Shown: positions 1-9,122, counted from the stretch's first letter. The stretch: 64,000 nucleotides of DNA from an uncultured Candidatus Binatia bacterium (GCA_965200125.1 OZ241332.1:2627260-2691259); one strand, 5' to 3'. Program-made: numbers and translations. Notes: generated by a model not told the origin, from the letters alone.

Positions 1-319
1 GGACGGCGGGGTGCTCGGTATTAAGCGTCACGATCTCGTTTCTGTCATTAGCTGTCTTGGCCGCGCCTCTGAGAGCTATATTACAGGACTCCGTGGCGCC
101 AGAAGTGAAAACAATTTCGTCGTCGTCTGCGTGGATGAATTGAGCGACTTGAGCACGGGCCTCTCTTACAGCGTCGGCCGCTTTCCAGCCATAGATATGG
201 TCCGCGGAGTGCGGATTCCCGAATCCAGAATATCGGTCAAATTCAGCCAGAGTTTCTCGAACCCTGGGGTCGAGAGGGGTAGTAGCCTGATAGTCCAGAT
301 AGATTGGAAGACGTTGCAT
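1..319 (-). CDS. Cysteine desulfurase (IscS/DndA/SspA-like), N-terminal part; gene runs off the left edge of the window
   Basis: Not in the ORF track. Manual translation from ATG 319: MQRLPIYLDYQATTPLDPRV...GNPHSADHIYGWKAADAVREARAQVA...EIVFTSGATESCNIALRG...TEHPAV. These are class-V PLP aminotransferase/IscS motifs (YLDxxATTP, GNPxS, FTSGATE, EHPAV). Starts 5 nt after the upstream stop. Confidence 0.92.
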   Translation of the reverse strand, partial: MQRLPIYLDYQATTPLDPRVRETLAEFDRYSGFGNPHSADHIYGWKAADAVREARAQVAQFIHADDDEIVFTSGATESCNIALRGAAKTANDRNEIVTLNTEHPAV

Positions 320-324
320 GAGAT

Positions 325-1701
325 TCAGTCCGTACAATCGCAAGGAAGAAAAGCATTATCTTCGGTAAATGCCTCTGAACCCTTTTCGGCAATGTCCCTA
401 TAGGTGAGCCGATTCGCTCCGAAAAACCCAAAGAATTCAATCCCATCCTTAGCATTTCGGTCCTCGGCTTTCATGTCGCGTCCATATTCCTGCTCGATAC
501 GAGTCCACCAACGGATATCTGCGGGTGTTTCTTCATGTCCCTTTGGAAGAGTCCGTGGATCATCGTACACTTTGGCGAGGTTGCCGGTCCCTTTGAGAAA
601 ACAATAAACGCAGTTGGAAAGATGTCCCGAAGGAGGGAGCGTCAGATTCCAATCCTGATTGTCCCAGAATTGCCGTACATCCTCATTGGAAATGTGCATG
701 TCAGCGAGCGGCATGTAGATGTGTTCACCTTCGTACCCCTGGGACTCCCTCCCATTGGACGCCCTGGACCTTACCCTTTCAACTCGTAACGGTTCGTCGT
801 CCCGTAAGCCAAGAAAGGCGACGTATTCGACACCTCCAGGACCGAAGTCGGCATTTTCTCCATACGCCTTCCCATTGAGGATAGGATTCTCGATGGCAAT
901 TGGGGCTCTCGTAAAGTCCTGGTATCGTTGTTCTGGGCGGTAGGTTGGGCGGGTAAGTACGAATTGCTTCTTGCGAAGGTATATTCCTCTTGGTACTCTG
1001 CCGTTGTTTTGAATATGCTGTCTATACAGAGCGTCTTCGTCTACTTGAGCAGTATCTTGCCAGTGACCTAAACGTGGGAGTGCTTTCTTGCAAGCGAGCC
1101 AATCCCGCAGGAACATCCGAGTACTTTCCAGTTTGAGAGTATAGGTGCAGGTCCGGCGAAATTGATTAGGGACGTACCCGGACAAAGAAAGCATCTCTTC
1201 AAAAGGTTCGCCTTTATAGTGATAACCGTCAGGGTTTTCTGGAGACCACGGGGTAGAGTTAGTGAGGCGATATGATGGAAGACGGGTCCACTCGCCATTC
1301 CGAGCATCTTCGTAGGTCTGATATTCAACCCAGAAGAAAGGAATGCCGTATTCGATTTCGGTCAGATCTTTACATTTATTTGCAAATTCATAAGTTTCTG
1401 GATGTTCGGCGGCCGTATTATTAAAAATGACAACGTCCCCTCTTCTGGCATCAAGAATTTTGTTTTGAAGAAGCGCGCAGAGAAGCATACCGCTTGAGCG
1501 ACCGCCAGAGAATTTCACAATATGGGGCATCTTGGTATGGCGTTTAGCTCTATAACGGAACTTATACTCATGGTCTGGATCATATTGCTTCGTCTTCTTG
1601 ACACGATTGGAAACGGTGAGTTTTGGTGCCCTTTTGATTCGGAATCGTGACTCTGCTGTCCCCTTGGTGCGACTTTTGGTGACCGATTGGCGTGCGGGCA
1701 T
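325..1701 (-). CDS. PAPS-reductase/PP-loop family protein (DndC/SspD-like adenine nucleotide alpha-hydrolase)
   Basis: PP-loop-like FSGGRSS, NTAAEHPETYEF, RTCTYTLK, GLRDDEPLR, NCVYCFLKG and C-terminal CDCTD. ATG 1701 has GGGGAGGG upstream (track start 1770). Lower GC than the rest of the window. Confidence 0.8.
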   Translation of the reverse strand: MPARQSVTKSRTKGTAESRFRIKRAPKLTVSNRVKKTKQYDPDHEYKFRYRAKRHTKMPHIVKFSGGRSSGMLLCALLQNKILDARRGDVVIFNNTAAEHPETYEFANKCKDLTEIEYGIPFFWVEYQTYEDARNGEWTRLPSYRLTNSTPWSPENPDGYHYKGEPFEEMLSLSGYVPNQFRRTCTYTLKLESTRMFLRDWLACKKALPRLGHWQDTAQVDEDALYRQHIQNNGRVPRGIYLRKKQFVLTRPTYRPEQRYQDFTRAPIAIENPILNGKAYGENADFGPGGVEYVAFLGLRDDEPLRVERVRSRASNGRESQGYEGEHIYMPLADMHISNEDVRQFWDNQDWNLTLPPSGHLSNCVYCFLKGTGNLAKVYDDPRTLPKGHEETPADIRWWTRIEQEYGRDMKAEDRNAKDGIEFFGFFGANRLTYRDIAEKGSEAFTEDNAFLPCDCTD

Positions 1702-1933
1702 ATCTTTTCCCTCCCCAAACTTGTTCATCCGCTTAGTGCTCATGGAGGCAGGTATCCTTCTCAACGTCACACTCTGTTAGGGGAAAGCCCCTCTTCAACC
1801 CATGGGGGACTTTCCCCTTACCCCAGAAAAACATCTCTGGCAAGATATTGCCGCCAACGACAATTTTTCGTCTCATCCCGAAACAGTTCTCGGAGTATAG
1901 AACACAGAAAGCAGGTGTCGGGGAACCTCCTAC

Positions 1934-1962
1934 TTGACAACGTTGTCATTCTTGACAACATT
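1934..1962 (+). promoter_or_regulatory. Probable TA promoter/operator
   Basis: TTGACA at 1934-1939, overlapped by the perfect palindrome TGACAACGTTGTCA (1935-1948) and by TGTCA-N4-TGACA (1944-1957), directly upstream of the toxin start. Confidence 0.6.
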
Positions 1963-1970
1963 GCTTCATC

Positions 1971-2318
1971 GTGCGCGATACAAGACCCATCGGTTGGATT
2001 TCGGCGGCTCGGAGGGCATTCGAGAAATTCCCCGAGGCGGTTCGAGATCGCGTCAACGCAATCCTGACCATTGCTGCCGAAGGCGGTAAGGCGGATATCG
2101 TGAAACCGATGAAGGGATTCGGACCGGGCGTCATGGAGATTGCCCTCCGCTACCGGACCGACGCTTATCGCGCGGTCTACGTTACCGAGATTGCCGGGGA
2201 ATTATGGGTGGTGCACGCCTTTCAGAAGAAATCCAGGACCGGGATCAGCACGCCAAAAGCCGAGATTGACCTTATCCGAGCCCGGCTGAGCCGGTTGAGA
2301 AGGGAGTTGCTGCAATGA
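1971..2318 (+). CDS. Type II TA toxin, RelE/ParE (Gp49/HigB-like) family
   Basis: 115 aa with KPMKGFGPGVMEI...DAYRAVY...VVHAFQKKS..G..TP..EIDLI; ATGA overlap with the downstream HTH gene. Confidence 0.88.
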   Translation: MRDTRPIGWISAARRAFEKFPEAVRDRVNAILTIAAEGGKADIVKPMKGFGPGVMEIALRYRTDAYRAVYVTEIAGELWVVHAFQKKSRTGISTPKAEIDLIRARLSRLRRELLQ

Positions 2319-2638
2319 GCGGATGTGGTGAAGAACTGATCCGAGGAAGCGGGAACGTCTTTCGGGACTTCGGCGACCCGGTTGCGGACATCAAACAGGC
2401 CAAGGCGATCCTGGCGGCCCGGATCATCGCCGTGCTCGACGAGCGCAAGCTCACGGTACGGAAAGCCGCGAGCGTGACCGGCTTTGCCGCAGCGGACTTC
2501 TCGCGAGTACGCGGCGCAGACCTCGGGCGCTTCACCCTGGACCGGCTAATCAGAATGTTGTCTTCGCTGGACGACACCCTCGAAGTCACGGTGCGCATCG
2601 CGCCCAGATCAAATGTTCAGGGCTCCACCTCGTACTGA
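2315..2638 (+). CDS. XRE-family HTH antitoxin (HigA-like)
   Basis: GSGNVFRDFG N-terminus, HTH region ending RFTLDRLIRML; toxin-first gene order. Confidence 0.88.
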   Translation: MSGCGEELIRGSGNVFRDFGDPVADIKQAKAILAARIIAVLDERKLTVRKAASVTGFAAADFSRVRGADLGRFTLDRLIRMLSSLDDTLEVTVRIAPRSNVQGSTSY

Positions 2639-2662
2639 AAGATGAACGCGGCTGTGTATTCT

Positions 2663-2732
2663 CCCTCTCTCCAGAATCACGTCCGGGGCAGGCTCCAGCC
2701 TCTCTCACGAAGGGGAGGGGATGAGGGGTGGG
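2663..2732. repeat. Composite CCCTCTCCC-type palindromic repeat carrying a CCRGA-N5-TCCGG-GGCAGGCTC-like module
   Basis: ccctctctccagaatcacgtccggggcaggctccagcctctctc...gggagggg; related copies at 39471, 40957, 52454 and 55231. Confidence 0.6.
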
Positions 2733-2798
2733 GGACGACGCCCGGGGACGGATCTTCCCCCGGCGCGGAAAGCGGGGTATTTTCGCGCCGCCGGTCGG

Positions 2799-2893
2799 GG
2801 AGAAGGATGGGGCCCGGTGGCCCCACCGGTCTTCAAAACCGAGTTGCGGGGCGTAAGTCGCGCGGATGGTTCGACTCCATCCCTTCTCCGCCA
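2799..2893 (+). tRNA. selC: tRNA-Sec (anticodon UCA)
   Basis: 95 nt; 8-bp acceptor stem GGAGAAGG/CCTTCTCC plus G-CCA; 6-bp D stem GGGGCC/GGCCCC; anticodon loop CT-TCA-AA (TCA 2833-2835); long variable arm; TTCGA T-loop; adjacent to selA. Confidence 0.96.
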
Positions 2894-4323
2894 TCTCCCT
2901 CCGCCGATCGTTCCGCCGTCGGACCGCCGGACTTCGGGACGAGGTCGGCAGCGTCCTCTATTCCCCGGACGTCGAGCAGGAAAACGCCGTCGTGAATGCG
3001 GCCCAGGATCGGCGGGGCGGCCTGCCGGAACCGTTCGGCGATCTTTTGCGCGGACAGGCTGGCGTGCCGGACCGTGACGACGATGCTGGGCAGGGTGCGT
3101 TCGGGCAGGGCGCCGCTGCCGATCTGCGCCGGCGCCTCGGCCACACTCAGCATGAACTCCTCGCCGAGCGTGCGTTGCAACAACGGGAGGGCTTGGGTGG
3201 CGACGGCCTGCATGTCTTCGCGCGGGCGAGTCAGCCAGCGCAGGGTGGGCAGGTCGCGGCGCAGGTCGGGCGAACGGCGGTAGAGCCGCAGCGTGGCGCT
3301 CAGTGCGGCCAGCGTGAGCTTGTCGGGCCGCAGCGCCCGTTTCAGGGGGTTGCGCTTGATCTGGGCGATCCATTCCGCGCGACCGACGATGATGCCGGCT
3401 TGTGGGCCGCCGAGCAGCTTGTCCGCGCTGCACGTCACCACGTCGGCACCCTGGGCGACCCGTTCGGCTACGACCGGCTCCTTGGGCAGCCCGTACGTGG
3501 ACAGGTCGCGCAGCGCGCCGGCGCCGAGGTCTTCCATGACCGGCAGTTTGTGCGCGTGGCCGAGCGTAACGAGGTCGGTCAACCCGACCGCCGCGGTGAA
3601 GCCGACCACGCGGTAATTGCTGGTGTGGACCTTGAGCAGCACGCCGGTGCGCTCCGAAATGGCGGCGGCATAATCGTGGGCGTGGGTCCGGTTCGTGGTG
3701 CCGACTTCCCGCAGCACGACGCCGCTCTTGCGCATGACGTCCGGGATGCGGAACGAGCCGCCGATCTCGATCAGTTCGCCGCGCGACACGATACCTTCTC
3801 TGCCCTCGGCGAGCGTGTTCAGCGCCAGCAGCACCGCGGCCGCGTTGTTGTTGACGACCGTGCCGGCTTCCGCGCCGGTGAGCGCCAGCAGGTCGGCTTC
3901 GACCAGCGCGTCGCGGTCGCCGCGGCCGGCATGGTCCAGGTCGTATTCCAGGGCGACCGGCGTCCGGCCGGCTCGGACCACGGCATCGAGCGCGGTGTCG
4001 GCCAGCAGGGCGCGGCCCAGGTTGGTGTGCAGCACGGTGCCGGTGGCGTTCACGACCGTGCGCAGCGGGGACACGTCTGCGGCCAGCGTGGTCTCGACGC
4101 CGCGCACCACGTCGGCCTCGCCGACCGGGCCGGTGCGCGCACCGGATACGATGTCCTGGCGCAGCGCGTCGATGACGTGGCGCACGAGGCCGGTCACGTA
4201 GCCGCGGGCGTAGCGCGTCAGCAGCGGCGCCAGCGATTTCGCCTGCACGAGCGTTTCGACCGAGGGGAGGGAGCGCAGCAGCGCGTGCTGGGCGTGGTGC
4301 GTGGTGGAATCCGCGGACGGCAT
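2833..4323 (-). CDS. selA: L-seryl-tRNA(Sec) selenium transferase
   Basis: LRSLPSV, VVNATGTVLHTNLGRA, VNNNAAA, SRGELIEIGGSFRIPDVM, EVGTTNRT, SADKLLGGPQAG; likely start 4323 (track start 4377). Confidence 0.97.
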   Translation of the reverse strand: MPSADSTTHHAQHALLRSLPSVETLVQAKSLAPLLTRYARGYVTGLVRHVIDALRQDIVSGARTGPVGEADVVRGVETTLAADVSPLRTVVNATGTVLHTNLGRALLADTALDAVVRAGRTPVALEYDLDHAGRGDRDALVEADLLALTGAEAGTVVNNNAAAVLLALNTLAEGREGIVSRGELIEIGGSFRIPDVMRKSGVVLREVGTTNRTHAHDYAAAISERTGVLLKVHTSNYRVVGFTAAVGLTDLVTLGHAHKLPVMEDLGAGALRDLSTYGLPKEPVVAERVAQGADVVTCSADKLLGGPQAGIIVGRAEWIAQIKRNPLKRALRPDKLTLAALSATLRLYRRSPDLRRDLPTLRWLTRPREDMQAVATQALPLLQRTLGEEFMLSVAEAPAQIGSGALPERTLPSIVVTVRHASLSAQKIAERFRQAAPPILGRIHDGVFLLDVRGIEDAADLVPKSGGPTAERSAEGDGGEGMESNHPRDLRPATRF

Positions 4324-4434
4324 GGGCACGCCAAACTTGGCATACGGCCTGCCCGCGTGCAACGCGCGGCCTTGCACGCGGGCAGGCCGGGGAGTAGCTT
4401 CGCCGGGTCACGCACGGGAAGCCGGAAGCCAAAC

Positions 4435-5532
4435 ATGGACCGCGCCGCGGACCGCTATCACGAAACGACGACCCGCCACGCCGAACGGGTGCTGGGCTTC
4501 CTGCGTACGTTCGAAAGCCTCCAGGAACGGATTCATCTGGGAAAGATCCCGGAGCACCAGCGCGAACTGGTCGGCCAAGTCGGCGACCTGTTCGCGGAGC
4601 TGCGGGCGGAGACCGAGGCGCTCGACGTGCCGACGGAGCGTGCGACCGTGCATGCCACGTGGATGGAAGCCCTGGAGCATCTCGAAGACGCCTACACGAC
4701 GTTCCGCACGGGTGCCCCGCATAATTTCATCATCGCCTACATGCAGAGCCGGCGGGCGTTCTCGCTGGCGAAGTACGCGCTGTACGCCATCCGCGGCGAC
4801 CTGCCCGCGATTGCCCCGTACTGGTTTCTGGCGGACGACTTTGCGCGGCGGGCCGAGTTGGAAACGCCGGCCCCCGCCAACAGCGCCGCAACCGGGGTGC
4901 AGCACCGGCCGCAGACGAACAAGCACGCCGAGTACTCGCTGTACGTCCCGGAGCATTACGACGCGGGCCGGCGCTGGCCGCTGGTCATCAGTCTGCACGG
5001 CGGCCACGGCCGCGGGGACGACTATCTGCTCACCTGGCTCAGAACGGCCAAGAGCCGCGGCTTCCTCGTGCTGTCGCCCAAGTCGCTGGGCCGCACGTGG
5101 TCCATTCAGCAGCCGGGGCTGGACGTACGCTCCATTCTGTCCATGCTCGAAACGTTGCTGGACGAATACGCGGTCGATACGCGCCGCATTCTGGTCAGCG
5201 GGCTGTCGGACGGCGGCACGTTTTCGTACGCGTTGGGCTTCAGTTGCCCGAAACTGTTCGTGGGCATCGCGCCGATTGCCGGGGTGCTGCCGCCCGGGTT
5301 CGATTACGCCGCGGCGGCCGGCCTGCCCGTCCACATCGTGCACGGTGCCCAGGACTTCATCTTTCCGGTCGCGTCGGCGCGCATGTCGCGTGATTTTCTC
5401 CAAGGGCAGCAGTTCCAAAACCTGACGTACACCGAGTTGCCCGACTGGGGCCACGCGTACACGTATTCCATCAACGAAACGTTGGTGCTGCCCTGGTTCG
5501 AGAACCTGCCGGACCGGCCGGCACGGGCCTGA
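4435..5532 (+). CDS. Alpha/beta-hydrolase (phospholipase/carboxylesterase-like) with N-terminal extension
   Basis: LVISLHGG, nucleophile elbow GLSDGG, HGAQDFIFP, GHAY; real start ATG 4435, the upstream part of track ORF 2866 is a selA shadow. Confidence 0.82.
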   Translation: MDRAADRYHETTTRHAERVLGFLRTFESLQERIHLGKIPEHQRELVGQVGDLFAELRAETEALDVPTERATVHATWMEALEHLEDAYTTFRTGAPHNFIIAYMQSRRAFSLAKYALYAIRGDLPAIAPYWFLADDFARRAELETPAPANSAATGVQHRPQTNKHAEYSLYVPEHYDAGRRWPLVISLHGGHGRGDDYLLTWLRTAKSRGFLVLSPKSLGRTWSIQQPGLDVRSILSMLETLLDEYAVDTRRILVSGLSDGGTFSYALGFSCPKLFVGIAPIAGVLPPGFDYAAAAGLPVHIVHGAQDFIFPVASARMSRDFLQGQQFQNLTYTELPDWGHAYTYSINETLVLPWFENLPDRPARA

Positions 5533-5640
5533 CGCGGGATGGGAACCGTCACGTTGCCGTCCGCGGGCCGCACCGAGACCAGCCGAACCGCTCCGCTCCG
5601 GTTCATCCATCAGACACGGTTCTATGAGCACGCCAACCAA

Positions 5641-5665
5641 GTACCCTGAGCTTGTCGAAGGGTAC
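5641..5665. repeat. Invariant-loop hairpin repeat copy
   Basis: GTACCCT-GAGCTTGTCGA-AGGGTAC: perfect 7-bp stem around the family loop. Confidence 0.85.
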
Positions 5666-5728
5666 GGCGTGGGCATAACTCTTTTCGCCTCGTAGCGAAT
5701 GCAGTCAGGTGAGGGCGGCGCGGACACG

Positions 5729-7135
5729 ATGGCGACATCACAGGACAGACGACTCGGCGTCATCATCCTTGCGGCCGGCAAGGGCCGACGCATGCATTCC
5801 GCCCTTCCCAAGGTGCTGCACGAGGTCGCCGGCAAACCCTTGCTGAGCCATGTGATCCAGACCGCCCGCAGTCTGCATCCCGACCGGCTGGTGGTCGTCG
5901 TCGGGCATCGGGCCGAACTCGTGCAACGTGCGTGCGGAACGGACGGCATCGTCTATGCCCGGCAACGCGAACAGCACGGCACCGGCGACGCGGTACGCGC
6001 GGCGCGTCTGGACTTGGACGATTTTCGGGGGACGCTACTGCTCCTCAGCGGTGACGTTCCGCTGCTGAGCACCCCGACCCTCGAACGGTTCGTGGCCGCG
6101 CATGACGAAGCCCGGGCCACGCTGTCCGTGTTGACCGCGACGCTCGACGACCCGGCGGAGTACGGTCGCGTCATCCGCGGCGCCGACGGACACTTGGCCC
6201 GTATCGTGGAGGCCGGGGACGCGACCGAACAGGAACGGGCCGTGCGGGAGATCAACACCGGCATCTACTGTGCCGAAGCGGATTTCCTCTTTCCAGCGCT
6301 GGACGGTTTGCGCCCCGCAAACGCCCAAGGGGAATACTATCTGACCGACGTCGTGGCCGCGGCGGTCCACGGCGGACTTCCGACCTGCGCCGTGGCGACC
6401 GCGGACGCGCGGGAGGTGTGCGGCGTGAATTCTCGACAGGAGCTTGCCCGTATGGAAACGACGCGCCAGGAACAGTTGCGCCGCAAATGGATGGAGGCCG
6501 GAGTCACGTTCGAGGACCCGGCCACGGTCTATCTGAGCGAGGAGGCCACCATCGGCCACGATACGTTCATCGGGCCGAACACGCACGTCAAGGGGAAAAC
6601 CGTGATCGGGGCGCGCTGCCGCATCGACGGCAACGCCTACCTCACGGACAGCACGCTGGGGGACGGAGTGCGCGTGTATTTCTCGGTCGTGCTGAGCGAC
6701 TGCACGTTGGACGCGGGCGCGTCGGCCGGCCCGTTTTCGCACGTGCGCGGCGGCGCGGTGCTGGCCCCGCGGGCCGAGGTAGGCAATTTCGTCGAGGTCA
6801 AGAAATCGACCCTCGGCGAGCGGACCAAGGCCAAGCACCTCGCCTACATAGGCGACGCCGAGGTCGGGCGCCACACCAACATCGGGGCCGGGACCATCAC
6901 GTGCAACTACGACGGCTTCCGCAAGCACCGCACGCGGATCGGCGACCGCGTGCAGGTCGGGTCCGACACCACGCTCGTCGCTCCGCTGACGGTGCACGAC
7001 GACGCATACGTCGCCACGGCGAGCACCCTCCGCCGCGACGTGCCGGCCGGTGCGTTGGCGTTCAACCCGCGCGACCAGAAAGTCCGGCCCGGCTGGACCG
7101 CGGCCAAACGCGCCAAGGAAGCCGCGAAGTCGTAA
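5729..7135 (+). CDS. glmU: Bifunctional UDP-GlcNAc pyrophosphorylase / glucosamine-1-phosphate acetyltransferase
   Basis: ILAAGKGRRM, PKVLH, GTGDA, hexapeptide repeats, HLAYIGDA, NIGAGTITCNYDG. Confidence 0.97.
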   Translation: MATSQDRRLGVIILAAGKGRRMHSALPKVLHEVAGKPLLSHVIQTARSLHPDRLVVVVGHRAELVQRACGTDGIVYARQREQHGTGDAVRAARLDLDDFRGTLLLLSGDVPLLSTPTLERFVAAHDEARATLSVLTATLDDPAEYGRVIRGADGHLARIVEAGDATEQERAVREINTGIYCAEADFLFPALDGLRPANAQGEYYLTDVVAAAVHGGLPTCAVATADAREVCGVNSRQELARMETTRQEQLRRKWMEAGVTFEDPATVYLSEEATIGHDTFIGPNTHVKGKTVIGARCRIDGNAYLTDSTLGDGVRVYFSVVLSDCTLDAGASAGPFSHVRGGAVLAPRAEVGNFVEVKKSTLGERTKAKHLAYIGDAEVGRHTNIGAGTITCNYDGFRKHRTRIGDRVQVGSDTTLVAPLTVHDDAYVATASTLRRDVPAGALAFNPRDQKVRPGWTAAKRAKEAAKS

Positions 7136-7202
7136 GCGCGCTGCCGTCTCTATCCGCCCCGGTTGCTCCGAATCCGCGGACCAGACCAGAAAGACTCCGT
7201 CC

Positions 7203-9032
7203 ATGTGCGGCATCATGGGCTACGTAGGCAGGCGCGAAGCGGCTCCGCTGTTGTTCGAGGGGCTGCGGCGGCTCGAATACCGGGGGTACGACTCCGCGGG
7301 CATTGCCGCGTTCGCCAACGGCGGCATCGCGGTGCGCCGCGCCGCGGGCAAACTCGACAACCTGGGCCGAGTGTTACAAGCCGACCCCTTGTCGGGCACG
7401 GTCGGCATCGGCCACACGCGCTGGGCGACACACGGTCCGCCGTCCGAGGAAAATGCCCATCCCCACCGGGCCGGCGACGTGGTCGTGATCCACAACGGCA
7501 TCATCGAAAACTATCTCGACCTGCGCCACGAGTTGACGCGCGAAGGCCGGACGTTCACGTCCGAGACCGACACCGAGGTGATTGCGCACCTGATCGACTC
7601 CGCCTTGCAGGCCGGTGCGTCCTTCCCCGCCGCGGTACGCGCCGCCATCCACCGCCTGACCGGCTCGTTCGCGATCGTCGCGCTGAGCGAACGGGCGCCC
7701 GGCACCTTGTTGGCGGCCAAGAACGCCACGCCGATCGTCATCGGCGTCGGAACCGACGAAAACTTCGTGGCGTCCGATGTTCCCGCGTTGCTGGACTACA
7801 CCCGCGAGGTGGTGTTCCTGGAAGACGGCGAAATGGCCGAACTCGGCGCGGACGTGGTGGCGATTTCCGACTTCGCCGGCCAGCCGGTCAGCCGCACCCC
7901 GCGGCACATCCACTGGGACGCGCTCACCGCGCAGAAGGACGGCTACAAGCACTTTCTGCTCAAGGAAATCCACGAACAGCCGCAAGCCATCATCGACACG
8001 ATGCGCGGCCGGCTGCTGGAGGAGTCGGGCGACGTGGCGTTGGGCGAACTCGACGCGCAACTCCCTCTCCTGGACGGCATCCGCGGCGCCACGCTGGTCG
8101 CGTGCGGTACCGCGTGGCACGCCTGCCTGGTCGGAAAATTCCTGTTGGAAGAACTGGCCGGGCTGCGCACCGACGTGGACTACGGCAGCGAGTTCCGTTA
8201 CCGCCACGCCCCGCTCGACGCGGGCAGCCTGGTGATAGCCGTCTCGCAGTCGGGCGAGACCGCGGACACGCTGGCCGCGCTGCACGGCGGCAGGGACAAG
8301 GGCGCGCGCACGCTGGCCATCTGCAACGTGGTGGACGCCTCGCTGCCGCGCAAGGCCGACATGGTGGTCTATACGCACGCCGGCCCGGAAATCAGTGTCG
8401 CCTCGACCAAGGCGTTCACCACCCAACTGGCGGCCTTCTTCCTGTTGGCCCTGCTGTTCGGTAAGCGGCGCGGCGTGCTCGACGACGCCCGCGCCCGGAC
8501 GCTCATCGCCGATCTGGTCACCCTGCCAGCGCTGGTCCAACAGACGTTGGAACAGGCGGACGCGATTGCCCGCCTCGCCCGCAAGCACGGCCACGCCACG
8601 GACTTTCTGTACCTCGGCCGCGGGATCAACTATCCGATCGCGCTGGAGGGCGCGCTCAAGCTCAAGGAGATTTCCTACATCCACGCCGAAGGCTATCCCG
8701 CGGGCGAGATGAAACACGGGCCGATCGCCCTGATCGACGAAGACCTGCCGGTCGTCGTCCTGATCCCCAAGGACTCCGTGTACGACAAGACGTTGAGCAA
8801 TCTGAAAGAGGTGGAAGCGCGCGGCGGCCGGATCATCGCGCTGACCGACGCCCCGCCGCCTGCGCTGGGCAACTTGGCCGGCGACGTCGTGCGCATCCCG
8901 ACGACCAACCCGCTGTTGATGCCCATTCTGTTGACCATTCCGCTTCAGTTGTTGGCCTATCACGTGGCGGTCCACCGCGGCACCAACGTCGACCAGCCGC
9001 GCAACTTGGCCAAGAGCGTCACGGTGGAGTAG
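7203..9032 (+). CDS. glmS: Glutamine-fructose-6-phosphate aminotransferase
   Basis: MCGIMGY start, LEYRGYDSAG, GHTRWATHG, SQSGETADT, C-terminal DQPRNLAKSVTVE. Confidence 0.98.
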   Translation: MCGIMGYVGRREAAPLLFEGLRRLEYRGYDSAGIAAFANGGIAVRRAAGKLDNLGRVLQADPLSGTVGIGHTRWATHGPPSEENAHPHRAGDVVVIHNGIIENYLDLRHELTREGRTFTSETDTEVIAHLIDSALQAGASFPAAVRAAIHRLTGSFAIVALSERAPGTLLAAKNATPIVIGVGTDENFVASDVPALLDYTREVVFLEDGEMAELGADVVAISDFAGQPVSRTPRHIHWDALTAQKDGYKHFLLKEIHEQPQAIIDTMRGRLLEESGDVALGELDAQLPLLDGIRGATLVACGTAWHACLVGKFLLEELAGLRTDVDYGSEFRYRHAPLDAGSLVIAVSQSGETADTLAALHGGRDKGARTLAICNVVDASLPRKADMVVYTHAGPEISVASTKAFTTQLAAFFLLALLFGKRRGVLDDARARTLIADLVTLPALVQQTLEQADAIARLARKHGHATDFLYLGRGINYPIALEGALKLKEISYIHAEGYPAGEMKHGPIALIDEDLPVVVLIPKDSVYDKTLSNLKEVEARGGRIIALTDAPPPALGNLAGDVVRIPTTNPLLMPILLTIPLQLLAYHVAVHRGTNVDQPRNLAKSVTVE

Positions 9033-9122
9033 GTGCGGATTTTCAACGGGGAGAAGTCAGTAAGGGCGGCTGACTAAATTCGCGCTTGACAATTCAAGTT
9101 CCGCAAATATGCGGAGGTGATT

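Noticed and set aside
1-2893. Classic island integrated at tRNA-Sec
   Set aside because: The foreign DNA lies on the 5' side of selC; no integrase or duplicated tRNA 3' end was seen in the window
2866-4434. N-terminal ~520 aa of the 888-aa track ORF
   Set aside because: Antisense shadow of selA; the hydrolase starts at ATG 4435
7136-7202. glmS ribozyme
   Set aside because: The intergenic gap is only 67 nt and lacks recognisable conserved ribozyme sequence
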